From assembly GCA_016783565.1 (NCBI GenBank), contig JADHWI010000004.1, forward strand, positions 1,705 through 65,704: 64,000 bases of DNA. The letters run 5' to 3'. The DNA comes from Kiritimatiellia bacterium (GTDB lineage: Bacteria; Verrucomicrobiota; Kiritimatiellia; UBA8416; JADHWI01). Under the pieces are notes generated by a model that worked only from the letters and a program-made list of their open reading frames with translations, ran no database searches and had not been told where the DNA came from. Both the position numbers and the translations under genes were made by a program. Shown here piece by piece: positions 27,950 to 38,019 of this stretch. Each line of letters opens with the position of its first letter. Position 1 is the first letter of the stretch.

Positions 27950-29296
27950 ATGCGAATTTTGATTGTGGGGGCAGGTAAAACCGGTCACAACCTGGCGCTG
28001 AAGCTGTGCGAGATGGACCATGATGTGGTTGTGGTGGATCATAACTCCGAGCAGCTTGCCGCCCTGGATGCCCAACTGGATGTAATGACTGTCGTGGGTT
28101 CCGGTTCTTCTCCGGATGTGCTTGAGAAGGCTGAAGTGGCGAAGGCTGATCTCGTGGTTGCTGTGACGAGCCTGGACGAGGCCAATATTCTCGCCTGCGA
28201 GTTTGCGCACGCTGCCGGAGTGCCCCATAAAGTCGCACGCGTAACAAATTCCGCCTTTGCACGATCCTCGGTGCTGGACTTCAAGAGTTTGGGCGTGGAT
28301 CTCATGATCAGCCAGAATGAAGAAGTGAGTCGGGAGATTTTTGATATTCTGTGTAATCCGGGATTGACGGAATCCGTGGAACTTCTGGATGGGCGATTAG
28401 TGATCGTTGGCGTCAGGGTGCGCGCTGATGGTCCGCTCTTGAGGGGAGCACTTGCCGAGTTTCAGTCTGACCCCATGGTAGCCAGTGTTCGGTTTGTGGC
28501 GGTGGTACGGGGAGAACGGTTGAGTTTGCCGCGTGGGAATACTCATTTTGAGGTGGGGGATGATATTTACGTGGCAACACGACCTGAAGCGTTGCCATCT
28601 TTTCTCGATTGGATGTATCCCGGTCGCCATGCTTTTGAGAAGACTGTGGTGGCGGGTGGTGGCGGGCTCGGGCTTGATATTGCACAGCGGTTGGAAGGGG
28701 TGCGCATGCCTGTTGTCCTGCTTGAGCGGGATGCCGATCGTGCGGGAGAATGCTCTGATGTATTGCACAAGACCCTGGTGATGCATGGTGATGCGTCTGA
28801 CCGCGAAATGTTGGTCAATGCGGGTGTCGGACCGGAGACTGCTTTTGTGGCAATTACGGGGGATGAAGAGTTAAATATTATCAGTTGCATTCTGGCGCAT
28901 AAGTTGGGTGCTGCGTTTAGTTTGGCGCAGGTGGCCAATCCGGATTATGCCCCGGTTGTTCGAAGCCTGGGACTGTTGGACCGTGTGGTCAACCCGCATC
29001 AGTCCATGGTGAATGCGATTTTGCATTTTGTGCATGGGCGACACGTGAAAGCAGCCGCACAATTGCATCGGGCACCAGGAGAATTGCTGCATGTGGCCAT
29101 ACGCGAAGGACATCGCTGGGTTGGGAAGCCGGTGCACCGTCTTAAAATGCCCGGCGAATGCGTATTGGCCACCGTGCTTCGCGACGAACAGATTCATGTC
29201 CCCACCGGTGATCTTGTGATTCAGGCAGGTGATCAGTTGGTGATCTTTTCCCTGCCGAAAGATGTAGAGCGCGTTCAGGGCGCTTTTAAGAGTTGA
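27950..29296 (+). CDS. trkA: Trk system potassium uptake NAD-binding protein
   Basis: Two RCK_N (GAGKTG, GGGGLG) plus RCK_C modules; 448 aa. Confidence 0.95.
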   Translation: MRILIVGAGKTGHNLALKLCEMDHDVVVVDHNSEQLAALDAQLDVMTVVGSGSSPDVLEKAEVAKADLVVAVTSLDEANILACEFAHAAGVPHKVARVTNSAFARSSVLDFKSLGVDLMISQNEEVSREIFDILCNPGLTESVELLDGRLVIVGVRVRADGPLLRGALAEFQSDPMVASVRFVAVVRGERLSLPRGNTHFEVGDDIYVATRPEALPSFLDWMYPGRHAFEKTVVAGGGGLGLDIAQRLEGVRMPVVLLERDADRAGECSDVLHKTLVMHGDASDREMLVNAGVGPETAFVAITGDEELNIISCILAHKLGAAFSLAQVANPDYAPVVRSLGLLDRVVNPHQSMVNAILHFVHGRHVKAAAQLHRAPGELLHVAIREGHRWVGKPVHRLKMPGECVLATVLRDEQIHVPTGDLVIQAGDQLVIFSLPKDVERVQGAFKS

Positions 29297-29307
29297 GGGT
29301 CTGAAGG

Positions 29308-30756
29308 GTGAATCCAAAACCAGTTTTCCACTTGATATCTGTTATGCTTATGGTGCTGGGCCTGGCCATTGCATTCTGTGCATGGATTGCGTGGTTTTGC
29401 GGTGATCCGGTGCACACGCAAGTGGGGTTGCTTGAGTCCGCCGGGATTGTAGTGGTTGCCGGTGCCCTGCTGTTTGCCGGCACGCGTGGACCTGTGGACC
29501 TGTCACGTCGAGATGGATTTGGAATTGTTGCGCTGGGCTGGATTATGGCGGCGAGTTTCGGGGCGTTGCCCTATCTGTTGACGGGGGTCATCGTCAACCC
29601 TGTTGCAGCCGTGTTTGAGACCATGTCTGGGTTTACGACGACCGGGGCTTCGGTCCTGTCCGATCTTGAGGCCATTCCGTGCGGGGTGATGTTCTGGCGT
29701 GCCATGACGCATTTCTTCGGTGGCATGGGTGTGCTGGTTCTGTGTGTGGCCATTCTTCCATTCCTTGGAGTGGGCGGGATGCAGATTTATCGTGCGGAGA
29801 TGCCGGGACCCTCGAAGGATCGGCTTACCCCTCGCATTGCCACGACGGCGAAATTGCTGTGGGGGGTATACGTGTTGCTTTGCGTGGCCGAAGCCGGATT
29901 GTTGCGTCTGGGTGGGATGAACTGGTTCGATGCCTTCTGTCACGCATTCGCGACGATGGCTACGGGTGGGTTTTCGACCCGGAGCGCCAGCGTCGCTGCA
30001 TACAACAGTGTTTATATTGAGACCGTAATTATCGTTTTTATGTTTTTGGCAGGCACGAACTTTGCGTTAAATTATCGTGCGTTAACCGGGCAGCCGCTCT
30101 GCTATTTTCGTGATCCGGAATTCAGGTTTTACCTGGGCGTATGGCTGACCGCGACAGCGGTGATTGTCTGGAATATACATGGCTCGGTGTATTCCTCTTT
30201 CGGCGAGGCTGTGCGCGCGGCATTTTTTCAGTCGACCTCTATTATGACCACGACGGGATTCTGTACCGAGAATTTTGACGTGTGGCCGGGGGCCTCCAAG
30301 GTGGTTCTGATACTGTTGATGTTTGTCGGTGGTTGTGCGGGTTCGACCGGTGGCGGGATGAAGAACATCCGCATCTTTGTGGTCGTGAAGAAGGTGCTTC
30401 GTGAAGTACGGCTGTTTATGCAACCGCAGGCCGTGCTGAAGGTCAAAATCGGGCGTGTGCCGGTGTCACCGGAAGTGATATCACACATCTCAGCATTCTT
30501 TATCGTCTTTGTCTTGGTGTTTGCCATGGGGACGTTGATCATGACATTCTTTACACCGGATTTGCAGACGGCGTTGTCGTCCGTTATCGCCACGCTCGGA
30601 AACATTGGTCCCGGGTTGGGTGGCGTGGGTGCGGTGCAGAACTATGCGGCTATTCCCGCGCCCGGTCAGGTGTTGTTGACCGTGTTTATGCTGCTGGGGC
30701 GACTGGAGCTCTACACGGTATTGATTGTGCTTTTGCCGAGTTTCTGGCGAAAATAG
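29308..30756 (+). CDS. trkH: Trk system potassium uptake membrane protein
   Basis: SGFTTTGAS, ATGGFS, TTTGF, GGCAGSTGGGMK, LGNIGPG, LGRLE motifs. Confidence 0.96.
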   Translation: MNPKPVFHLISVMLMVLGLAIAFCAWIAWFCGDPVHTQVGLLESAGIVVVAGALLFAGTRGPVDLSRRDGFGIVALGWIMAASFGALPYLLTGVIVNPVAAVFETMSGFTTTGASVLSDLEAIPCGVMFWRAMTHFFGGMGVLVLCVAILPFLGVGGMQIYRAEMPGPSKDRLTPRIATTAKLLWGVYVLLCVAEAGLLRLGGMNWFDAFCHAFATMATGGFSTRSASVAAYNSVYIETVIIVFMFLAGTNFALNYRALTGQPLCYFRDPEFRFYLGVWLTATAVIVWNIHGSVYSSFGEAVRAAFFQSTSIMTTTGFCTENFDVWPGASKVVLILLMFVGGCAGSTGGGMKNIRIFVVVKKVLREVRLFMQPQAVLKVKIGRVPVSPEVISHISAFFIVFVLVFAMGTLIMTFFTPDLQTALSSVIATLGNIGPGLGGVGAVQNYAAIPAPGQVLLTVFMLLGRLELYTVLIVLLPSFWRK

Positions 30757-30789
30757 GCATCGGCAACTGCGCGAAAGGAAGTGTGTGTT

Positions 30790-32991
30790 ATGGCACAGCA
30801 AAGCGCAACACAGTCCAAGGCGGCGCGCTTCGGAACTTTTGGCGGCGTGTTTACTCCCTGTACGCTGACGATCCTTGGCGTCATTATGTTTCTGCGCTTC
30901 GGTCAGGTCGTCGGCAATGCCGGTGTGCTGCGAGCGATTTGCATTGTGTTAACCGCCAAGCTCATTACGGTGCTGACGGCGTTGTCGCTGTCTGCGGCCG
31001 CGACGAATACGCGGGTAAAGGGAGGCGGTGCATATTATTTGATCAGTCGCTCCCTTGGCATTGAGTTCGGTGGTGCGATCGGCGTGGTGTTCTATGTGTC
31101 GCAGGCGATCGCGGTGGCTCTCTATGTCATGGGTTTCACTGAGGCTCTCATCGCCATTGTACCGGATCTTGCTGCTGCGCCCCGCGTGTTAGCGACTGTC
31201 GTGAATGTGGTTGTCTTTGTTTGCGTGTTTATTGGCGCCGGGTGGGCGATCAAGGTGCAATATGTGATTTTGGGAGCTTTGATGCTGGCGATCACATCGT
31301 TTGCACTCGGGGCGTTAAGGCTTTGGGATTCCGCGTTGCTGGCAGCAAACTGGAACCAGAGCTACGAGCCCGGGCAGAGTTACTGGATCATGTTTGCATT
31401 GTTCTTCCCTGCGGTGACGGGCATCATGGCAGGTGCCAACATGTCGGGCGACCTGAAAAATCCGGGTCGTTCCATTCCGCGTGGCACGTTGTTGGCAATC
31501 CTGTTCACGGGGCTGGTCTACCTGGGGGTTGCCGTGCTTCTTGGAGCTTCGTCCTCACGTGAAGCATTGAAAACCGATTCAATGATTGTATCGACGAATG
31601 CGCTGGTTCCATTATTGATTGTGGTGGGCGTGTTTGCGGCCACACTTTCTTCGGCCCTGGGCAGTATGATGGGGGCTCCACGAATATTGCAGGCTCTGGG
31701 GCGCGACAAGGTATTGCCATTTCTGAAACCTTTCGGAAAGGGTAGCGGCCCGGCTTCGGAACCGCGTCGTGCAACCGTGGTTTCTTTTGCAATCGCCCAG
31801 AGTGGTATCATGCTCGGGGACCTCAATGCGATTGCCCCGGTGATTACGATGTTTTTCATGATTACCTACGGTGCAATCAACCTGGCGACTTTTTTCGAAG
31901 CTTTCAGTGGAAACCCCAGCTATCGTCCGACGTTTCGCTGGTGTCATTGGGTGCTGTCGTTGGCCGGGGCGGTGCTTTGCGGCGGTGTCATGTTTCTGAT
32001 CAATGCTTTGTGGGCCGTTGTGGCCGTGATCACCATGGGCGGTATCTATGCGTATCTGCGACGTCAGGAACTGCAGGTGACGTGGGGAGATGTGGCCAGC
32101 GGAACGATGTTTGAGCGTGCTCGACGAAACTTGCTGATGCTGGAGGAAGAGGAGTACCATGCCAAGAATTGGCGACCGGCCATTCTGGTGATGGGCGGTG
32201 GAAGTGCGGATCGCTTGTATATTGCTGTGTATGGGCGCCGTCTGGCAGGCAAGCACGGGTTGTTGATGCTGGGGCATGTTCTGGTGGGTGATGCGGATGA
32301 GCTGCTGGAGCGTCATGTCAAAGTGCAACCCGCGCTGCGCAAGCTGATTGCCGACAATGAGTTGGAAGCGTTTCCTGTGGTTACGATTGCTCCGGAGTTG
32401 ACGGCCGGGATCTCCTCGCTGATTCAGTGTTGTGGCGTGGGCGCGCTGCGCCCGAATATGGTGCTTTTGGGATGGAATACTGATCCCGGTAAGAGGGCTG
32501 ACTTTGAAGCCAATTTGCGTACGGTTGTGCGATTGGGAAGGAGCATGGCGGTCCTGCGTTGTCTGGAACCGCCCGAAGATATATGGGATATTCGATCCGG
32601 CACCGTGGATGTATGGTGGCAGGGCAAGGGGGCTAATGGGCATTTGATGCTACTGCTTGCCTACGTGCTGTGCCGTGATCCTGACATGCGTGGTCGAAAG
32701 GTGCGGTTGATTCGTATGTTGCCTTCGGAGACAGGGCGCGAAGAGACGCTCACACATTTGCGCAAGCTGTCCGAAGAGGTTCGGATTCCTGCCGAGGGCG
32801 TCGTCGTGGTCGGCGAAGATTTTGCCCAGGTCGTACGTGCTCAGAGTGCACGCGCTTCTTTGGTCATGCTTGGGATGGCGGACCCGCGTGAACAGGAGGA
32901 CGGCTTTGTCTCCCGTTTAGAGTTTCTCGCAGCAGATTTGCCCAACGTGCTGTTTGTCTACAGTGCTGGAGACATGAGCCTGCATGCCTAG
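30790..32991 (+). CDS. Cation-chloride cotransporter-like (SLC12/APC) permease
   Basis: FGTFGGVF, ILGVIMFLRF, GGGAYYLISRSLGIEFGGAIG, FFPAVTGIMAGANMSGDL, KNWRP, LRPN motifs. Confidence 0.9.
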   Translation: MAQQSATQSKAARFGTFGGVFTPCTLTILGVIMFLRFGQVVGNAGVLRAICIVLTAKLITVLTALSLSAAATNTRVKGGGAYYLISRSLGIEFGGAIGVVFYVSQAIAVALYVMGFTEALIAIVPDLAAAPRVLATVVNVVVFVCVFIGAGWAIKVQYVILGALMLAITSFALGALRLWDSALLAANWNQSYEPGQSYWIMFALFFPAVTGIMAGANMSGDLKNPGRSIPRGTLLAILFTGLVYLGVAVLLGASSSREALKTDSMIVSTNALVPLLIVVGVFAATLSSALGSMMGAPRILQALGRDKVLPFLKPFGKGSGPASEPRRATVVSFAIAQSGIMLGDLNAIAPVITMFFMITYGAINLATFFEAFSGNPSYRPTFRWCHWVLSLAGAVLCGGVMFLINALWAVVAVITMGGIYAYLRRQELQVTWGDVASGTMFERARRNLLMLEEEEYHAKNWRPAILVMGGGSADRLYIAVYGRRLAGKHGLLMLGHVLVGDADELLERHVKVQPALRKLIADNELEAFPVVTIAPELTAGISSLIQCCGVGALRPNMVLLGWNTDPGKRADFEANLRTVVRLGRSMAVLRCLEPPEDIWDIRSGTVDVWWQGKGANGHLMLLLAYVLCRDPDMRGRKVRLIRMLPSETGREETLTHLRKLSEEVRIPAEGVVVVGEDFAQVVRAQSARASLVMLGMADPREQEDGFVSRLEFLAADLPNVLFVYSAGDMSLHA

Positions 32992-33050
32992 AGTTTCGTA
33001 TTGCGGATTGGGTTTGTGATATACGACTTCAGGCATCCCATTGATACCGA

Positions 33051-33090
33051 CCGGACTCCAGATAGCCTCTGGCTGAACCATGGAGTCCGG
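33051..33090. terminator. Hairpin between convergent operons
   Basis: CCGGACTCCA-20 nt-TGGAGTCCGG perfect 10-bp stem; no clear U-tract. Confidence 0.4.
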
Positions 33091-33107
33091 CAGATTCTTT
33101 ATCGGTA

Positions 33108-33308
33108 TTAGTGATCATGCCCTTCATGACTGTCGTGATCGTGCTCGCCAGCAGGGCAGGTAGCCGTCGCCTCTTTAGCCATTTCCGGCTCCCAGTTTGT
33201 TGACGTGTTTTCACTCTTTTGTTCGGTGATCTCTGGTTTGGCTGATTCTGTGTTGCCGCAGCCTACGCAAAGGCCTGCGATGATGAGTAATGCAAGCATG
33301 CTCTTCAT
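33108..33308 (-). CDS. Small His-rich lipoprotein (66 aa)
   Basis: MKSMLALLIIAGLCVG-C lipobox; C-terminal CPAGEHDHDSHEGHDH; ATGA overlap with the RND pump stop. Confidence 0.8.
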   Translation of the reverse strand: MKSMLALLIIAGLCVGCGNTESAKPEITEQKSENTSTNWEPEMAKEATATCPAGEHDHDSHEGHDH

Positions 33309-36300
33309 ATCTCTTCTCCCGTTGTTGTGTTTTCTATGCCAGGTTGGCGTTTCCAGTGTTTCTCGATCCAAATATATGCAGCGGGGATGACAAATAGCGT
33401 CACGACGGTTGATGTGGCAAGGCCAAAGACAACCACGATAGCCAGGGGACGTTGCACTTCTGAACCGGTGCCGGTCGCGATGATCAATGGCAGCAGCCCC
33501 AGTGCGGTGGTGACCGTGGTCATGAGAACGGGTCTGAATTTTGATCGGCACCCGGATAGTACGGCAGTCAGCAAGGACGTACCTTCCTGGCGAAGCCGTT
33601 CAAATCGTGATATCAGTACAACACCATCAGTCAGAGCAATCCCGAAAAGTGCGATGAATCCGATGGAGGAAGGAATGCTGATGTTCTCACCAAAGGCTGC
33701 CAGTGCCAGTACTCCGCCGACTAATGCCAGAGGCACATTCAGCATAATGAGCAAAGCGAGCCGGATAGACCCAAAGAGACCGTAGAGCATGCTGAGTACC
33801 AGAGCCAGCGTGATGGGGATGACGACTGCCAGCCTGCGGTTTGCGGCTTGCTGTAGTTCGAATTGTCCACCCCATGCCACCCTGTATCCCGTTGGAAGTA
33901 TATCCGCTTGTGAAACTGCGGTTTGCGCATCTCTCACAAAGGTTCCGACATCGCGGCCGCGGACGTTGCATTGTACTGAGATGTAGCGCTGGGTATTTTC
34001 TCTGCTGATTTGCCGCAGACCGGTCACCGTTTTAATCTCGGCCAGAGTGCTTAGCGGGACGTGTGATCCGGATGGTGTGAGAATCAGTAAGTTGCCAATA
34101 GCTTCGTTGTCTTCCTGGTAGCGTTTATCCAGACGTACCAGGATTCGTGATGACATTTCTCCCTCGAATACATCGCCGACGACATCCCCTGTAAGAGCCT
34201 GGTGGACGAGGGCTTGAACTTCGTGCTTGTTGAGCCCGTAGCGGGCCAGATGCTCAGTGTTTAAAATGACCTGTACCTGAGTCTGTCCGTCTGTTTGTTC
34301 CACTCGTAGATCGGCAACGCCATCAACCTCTGCTACGATGTGTTCTATTTCGCCAGCCAGCGTTTTCAGCTGATCCATGTCGTCGCCGAAGATTTTCATG
34401 ACGACTTGCGCTCCGGATCCGGCGATCAGGCCGTCCACTTCGTGTGCAATGGGCTGAGAGAAGCCGATGGCGACGCCAAGGAATTCATCCAGGCGATCTT
34501 CGAGAACGGCAACGACTTCCTGTTGGGTTCTGGATCTGCTCCCGAATCGCCGGGGCTTCAGGGTGATGGTGATGCACCCGTAGTTTGTGTGGTGCATGTG
34601 CGGACCGACTTCCCCGTAACCGATGTCCGCGATGATGTTTTTAATCTCGGGAACGTCCGTAGCGATTTCTGAAATGTCCGAGCAGATTGACTTGATCTCC
34701 TCCAAAGAAATGTTCGGGTTCATGTAGGCGTAGCAGTTGATGGTGCCTTCCTGCAAAGTGGGCACGAACTCTCTGCCTAAATGTGCGAATCCCATTATGC
34801 CGCATCCCAGAAGCACCAGAAGTATGCCGTTTAAGGCGAAGGGATGTTTGAGTGTTCTGTTGACCATCTTCTCATAGCCATTCAGCAGTCGGGTTAAGAC
34901 CTCTCCCGGTCCACGCCCAGCACGCCTGTGGTCCGTGCGGTGCAGTAGACGGAAGAAAATAGGCGCGACCAGAAGTGCGTAGAGAAGGGAGCCTCCCATG
35001 GTTGCGACGACCGCAAATGCCAGCGGTTTGAACATTTTCCCCTCGATTTCACCAAGTGTGAAGATGGGTAGAAAGACGACCGCGATCACCGCTACGGCAA
35101 ACACAATCGGACGTCCGACTTCCTGAGCGGCTTTCAAAATTTGGCTTTCGCTCTCGCGTTGTCCTTTTTTGGTGCCGGCGGCAGTCTGGAGCTTTTCGAC
35201 CATGATGATGCTTGCATCAATGATCATGCCAAGCGCGATGGCCATCCCCCCGAATGAAATGAGGTCTCCCGGGATTCCGCTTCGTTCCATGAGCACGATT
35301 CCGAACAGCAGTGCGAAAGGAAGCGAGCAAACCATGATGAATGCATTTCTCAGGTTTCCCAGAAACAGAAATGCCACCACGGACACAAGGAACAGGCCGA
35401 GCAGCAGCGCGTTGCGGACCGTTCGGATGCTGTCGGCCACGAGGTCCGCCTGGTCATAATAGGGTATAATCTTGACGTTTTCAGGAAGGGTCTCGTTGAG
35501 CTCGCCAATGCGGGCACGGAGATCTTTGATTACGGCGAATGAATTCGCGCGGTGCAGTTTGTACACCCCACCCAGAACCACTTCCTGTTTGCCGTCCAGA
35601 ATGGCCACGCCCCTGCGGAAAGCCTGTCCCAGGTTGACGGTGCCCAGGTCTTTTACGAGCACTGGTTTTGCATCGATGGTTTTGACGACCGTGTTGGCAA
35701 TTTCTCCGACGCTGCTGACGCGACCCAGCGTACGCACAATGAGCTCCTCGCTGCCTCGCGTGATGATGCCGGCACCGACGTTTGCATTATTCAGTTCTAT
35801 GGCCTTACTGACGTCTGAGACGGTGAGACCGTGAGAGAGTAAATTTTCGGGTGAAAGCGCCACTTCGTATTGACGGATGAATCCTCCCTGGCTGATGACT
35901 TTGGCGACGCCAGGTACGGTTTCAATGCCGCGTTTGATGATCCATTCGTGCAGAGTCCGAACTTCCGTAATGTCACGGTTTTCGGCTTCAAGATAATAGG
36001 CAAGGATCTTACCCATGCCGCTGGCCACTGGCCCCATTTCAAGTCCATGCGGCATATCCACGCCTTCCGGAATACCTTCTTCTGCTTGTTTGAGACGTTC
36101 TGAGACGAGCTGTCTGGCACGGTAGATGTCAATATCGTCTTCGAAGTAGACGTTGACGGTTGATAATCCAAGCGAGGACAGAGAACGAATTTTCTGCACG
36201 CCTGGAATGCTGCGCATTGCCGTTTCCGCAGGGCGTGTTACAAGCTGCTCGACTTCCTCGGGAGCCATTCCGTCAACTTCCGCAAAGACCTGAACGAGGT

Positions 36301-36433
36301 TGGGACTGATGTCCGGGAATGCATCGATGGAGAGTCTGGAGAGTGCGGAGACACCCAGGGTGCAGACCACTACGGTTGTGATGACTGCGAGCAGCTTGTG
36401 CTTTAATCCAATATGTATAATCTTTTCAATCAT
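33305..36433 (-). CDS. CusA/CzcA family heavy-metal RND efflux pump
   Basis: IDAFPDIS, GMIIDASIIMVE, RPVLMT, GSEVQRPLAIVV motifs; 1042 aa. Confidence 0.95.
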   Translation of the reverse strand: MIEKIIHIGLKHKLLAVITTVVVCTLGVSALSRLSIDAFPDISPNLVQVFAEVDGMAPEEVEQLVTRPAETAMRSIPGVQKIRSLSSLGLSTVNVYFEDDIDIYRARQLVSERLKQAEEGIPEGVDMPHGLEMGPVASGMGKILAYYLEAENRDITEVRTLHEWIIKRGIETVPGVAKVISQGGFIRQYEVALSPENLLSHGLTVSDVSKAIELNNANVGAGIITRGSEELIVRTLGRVSSVGEIANTVVKTIDAKPVLVKDLGTVNLGQAFRRGVAILDGKQEVVLGGVYKLHRANSFAVIKDLRARIGELNETLPENVKIIPYYDQADLVADSIRTVRNALLLGLFLVSVVAFLFLGNLRNAFIMVCSLPFALLFGIVLMERSGIPGDLISFGGMAIALGMIIDASIIMVEKLQTAAGTKKGQRESESQILKAAQEVGRPIVFAVAVIAVVFLPIFTLGEIEGKMFKPLAFAVVATMGGSLLYALLVAPIFFRLLHRTDHRRAGRGPGEVLTRLLNGYEKMVNRTLKHPFALNGILLVLLGCGIMGFAHLGREFVPTLQEGTINCYAYMNPNISLEEIKSICSDISEIATDVPEIKNIIADIGYGEVGPHMHHTNYGCITITLKPRRFGSRSRTQQEVVAVLEDRLDEFLGVAIGFSQPIAHEVDGLIAGSGAQVVMKIFGDDMDQLKTLAGEIEHIVAEVDGVADLRVEQTDGQTQVQVILNTEHLARYGLNKHEVQALVHQALTGDVVGDVFEGEMSSRILVRLDKRYQEDNEAIGNLLILTPSGSHVPLSTLAEIKTVTGLRQISRENTQRYISVQCNVRGRDVGTFVRDAQTAVSQADILPTGYRVAWGGQFELQQAANRRLAVVIPITLALVLSMLYGLFGSIRLALLIMLNVPLALVGGVLALAAFGENISIPSSIGFIALFGIALTDGVVLISRFERLRQEGTSLLTAVLSGCRSKFRPVLMTTVTTALGLLPLIIATGTGSEVQRPLAIVVVFGLATSTVVTLFVIPAAYIWIEKHWKRQPGIENTTTGEEI

Positions 36434-36450
36434 GGTCGATTCTCCGTGGA

Positions 36451-38019
36451 TCAGTGTGAATGCCCTGCGTGTGCGCCGCGTTCACCTGCTGCCGACTTGA
36501 TGTATTCTGCCTTCAAGTGGAAGGCATTTACGGTGGCAACCTTTTCTCCGACGTGTAAGCCTTTGAGAATTTCTATCGTTTTGCCATCCGTTATGCCGGT
36601 TGTGACTTCGCGCAGTTCAAAGTCGGCCTTGCCCCACACGAACACGCAGGGGTGATCATTCACCAATTGCACACTCGCTTCAGGTACGATAACGGCCTCT
36701 TCCCGGGAGGGTATGAGTATGGCTGCGTCAACAAAAGTTCCGGGGCGGAGTTTTTCCTCGGAATTACGCACGATGGCGCGTGCCAATGCGGTACGCGTGT
36801 CGGAAGCGACAATGGGTGAAATGAAGGTAATGGTCGTTTTCGTCGTACTGCCGTCAGGTAGATAGATGGTGACGAGTTGTTCTTCCTGTATTGATCCGAT
36901 CGCATCCTGACTGATCGCCAGGTCTACCCAGACGCTCGTTAGATCTGCAATGGTGAAAACCTCGGCGGATTCATCGATGGACTCGCCCATCACAATATGT
37001 TTCTTGATTAAGGTTCCGTTAAAGGGAGCTCGTAATGCGTACCATGCGAAGCGACGGTCTTTTCCCAGGGTGTCGGCGACGGGTGCGAGCGGATCTTTCC
37101 CGCAGTTTGGGTCGTCGCAAACGCATGGCTCAAGGCTCGTCGTTTCGGGAATCAGGGCTTCCACTTTCTTTACGGCCTCGTCATCAGCCCCTTTTAGACG
37201 CAATTGTTTTTCAGCGGCACTGGCGTTGAATCCCGCCAGTTGATTCTCCTGAATGGCTTCGGTATATGCGATCAGCGTTTCGTAGCGCGCCGTGTCCATG
37301 GCCGCAGCAAAGTGGGCTTGGGTTTGTCTCAGTGTGGTTTCGGCGATCAGGCGTTCCCTGTCGCTGCTGATTTTTTTGTCGTGTAGTCGTGCTTCCTGCT
37401 CGTAGGTGGTTCGTGCGGCCAGGAAGGCTGTATAGGCCGAAAGCAGTTGCCCCCGATATGCGCCCATTTCCAGGCTGTCCAGTTTATGGATGGCTTCGCT
37501 GGTGGCTTCTGTTTTGAGTAGTGCGATGAGTTTGATCACGTTTTCAAAGATCGCCTTGGCACGAGGCAGCTTGATGGCGCAGCAGCCGACTTCGGATTTC
37601 TTTTCGTAGAAGTTCAACTTGGCATTTGCGAGCTCATCGCTTTCGATCCATGCCAGAACATCATTGGTTTGTACGCGATCGCCGAGTGTTTTCTTTACCT
37701 CTCGTACGATTCCTTTTGCTCGCGGTACGACGTGTGCCACTCGATCCGAATTGATTTTGATTTCTCCTGGCACTCGAATCTCTCTGTGAACGGATCCGCG
37801 GACAGCGTACGCTATCTTTATGCCAAGGCGCTTAACTTGTTCCTGTGTGACGGGGATGCGTCGTGGCGCATTGTTGTGGTCTACATGTTCATAAGAAGTG
37901 TGTGGATGTTCTTCGTGGGAATCGTGCGGGTGGTTCTCTGCGGCAAAACTTGAACCGCTTGTCCACATCCACAGGGCTACTCCCGTGATCATTAATTGAA
38001 TGTGTGTGTTTTTTTTCAT
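36451..38019 (-). CDS. CzcB/CusB-type periplasmic adaptor subunit with a long insertion
   Basis: His-rich N-terminus; LRAPFNG, IADLTSVWV, LRPGTFV, FHLKAE...HAGHSH. Confidence 0.92.
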   Translation of the reverse strand: MKKNTHIQLMITGVALWMWTSGSSFAAENHPHDSHEEHPHTSYEHVDHNNAPRRIPVTQEQVKRLGIKIAYAVRGSVHREIRVPGEIKINSDRVAHVVPRAKGIVREVKKTLGDRVQTNDVLAWIESDELANAKLNFYEKKSEVGCCAIKLPRAKAIFENVIKLIALLKTEATSEAIHKLDSLEMGAYRGQLLSAYTAFLAARTTYEQEARLHDKKISSDRERLIAETTLRQTQAHFAAAMDTARYETLIAYTEAIQENQLAGFNASAAEKQLRLKGADDEAVKKVEALIPETTSLEPCVCDDPNCGKDPLAPVADTLGKDRRFAWYALRAPFNGTLIKKHIVMGESIDESAEVFTIADLTSVWVDLAISQDAIGSIQEEQLVTIYLPDGSTTKTTITFISPIVASDTRTALARAIVRNSEEKLRPGTFVDAAILIPSREEAVIVPEASVQLVNDHPCVFVWGKADFELREVTTGITDGKTIEILKGLHVGEKVATVNAFHLKAEYIKSAAGERGAHAGHSH

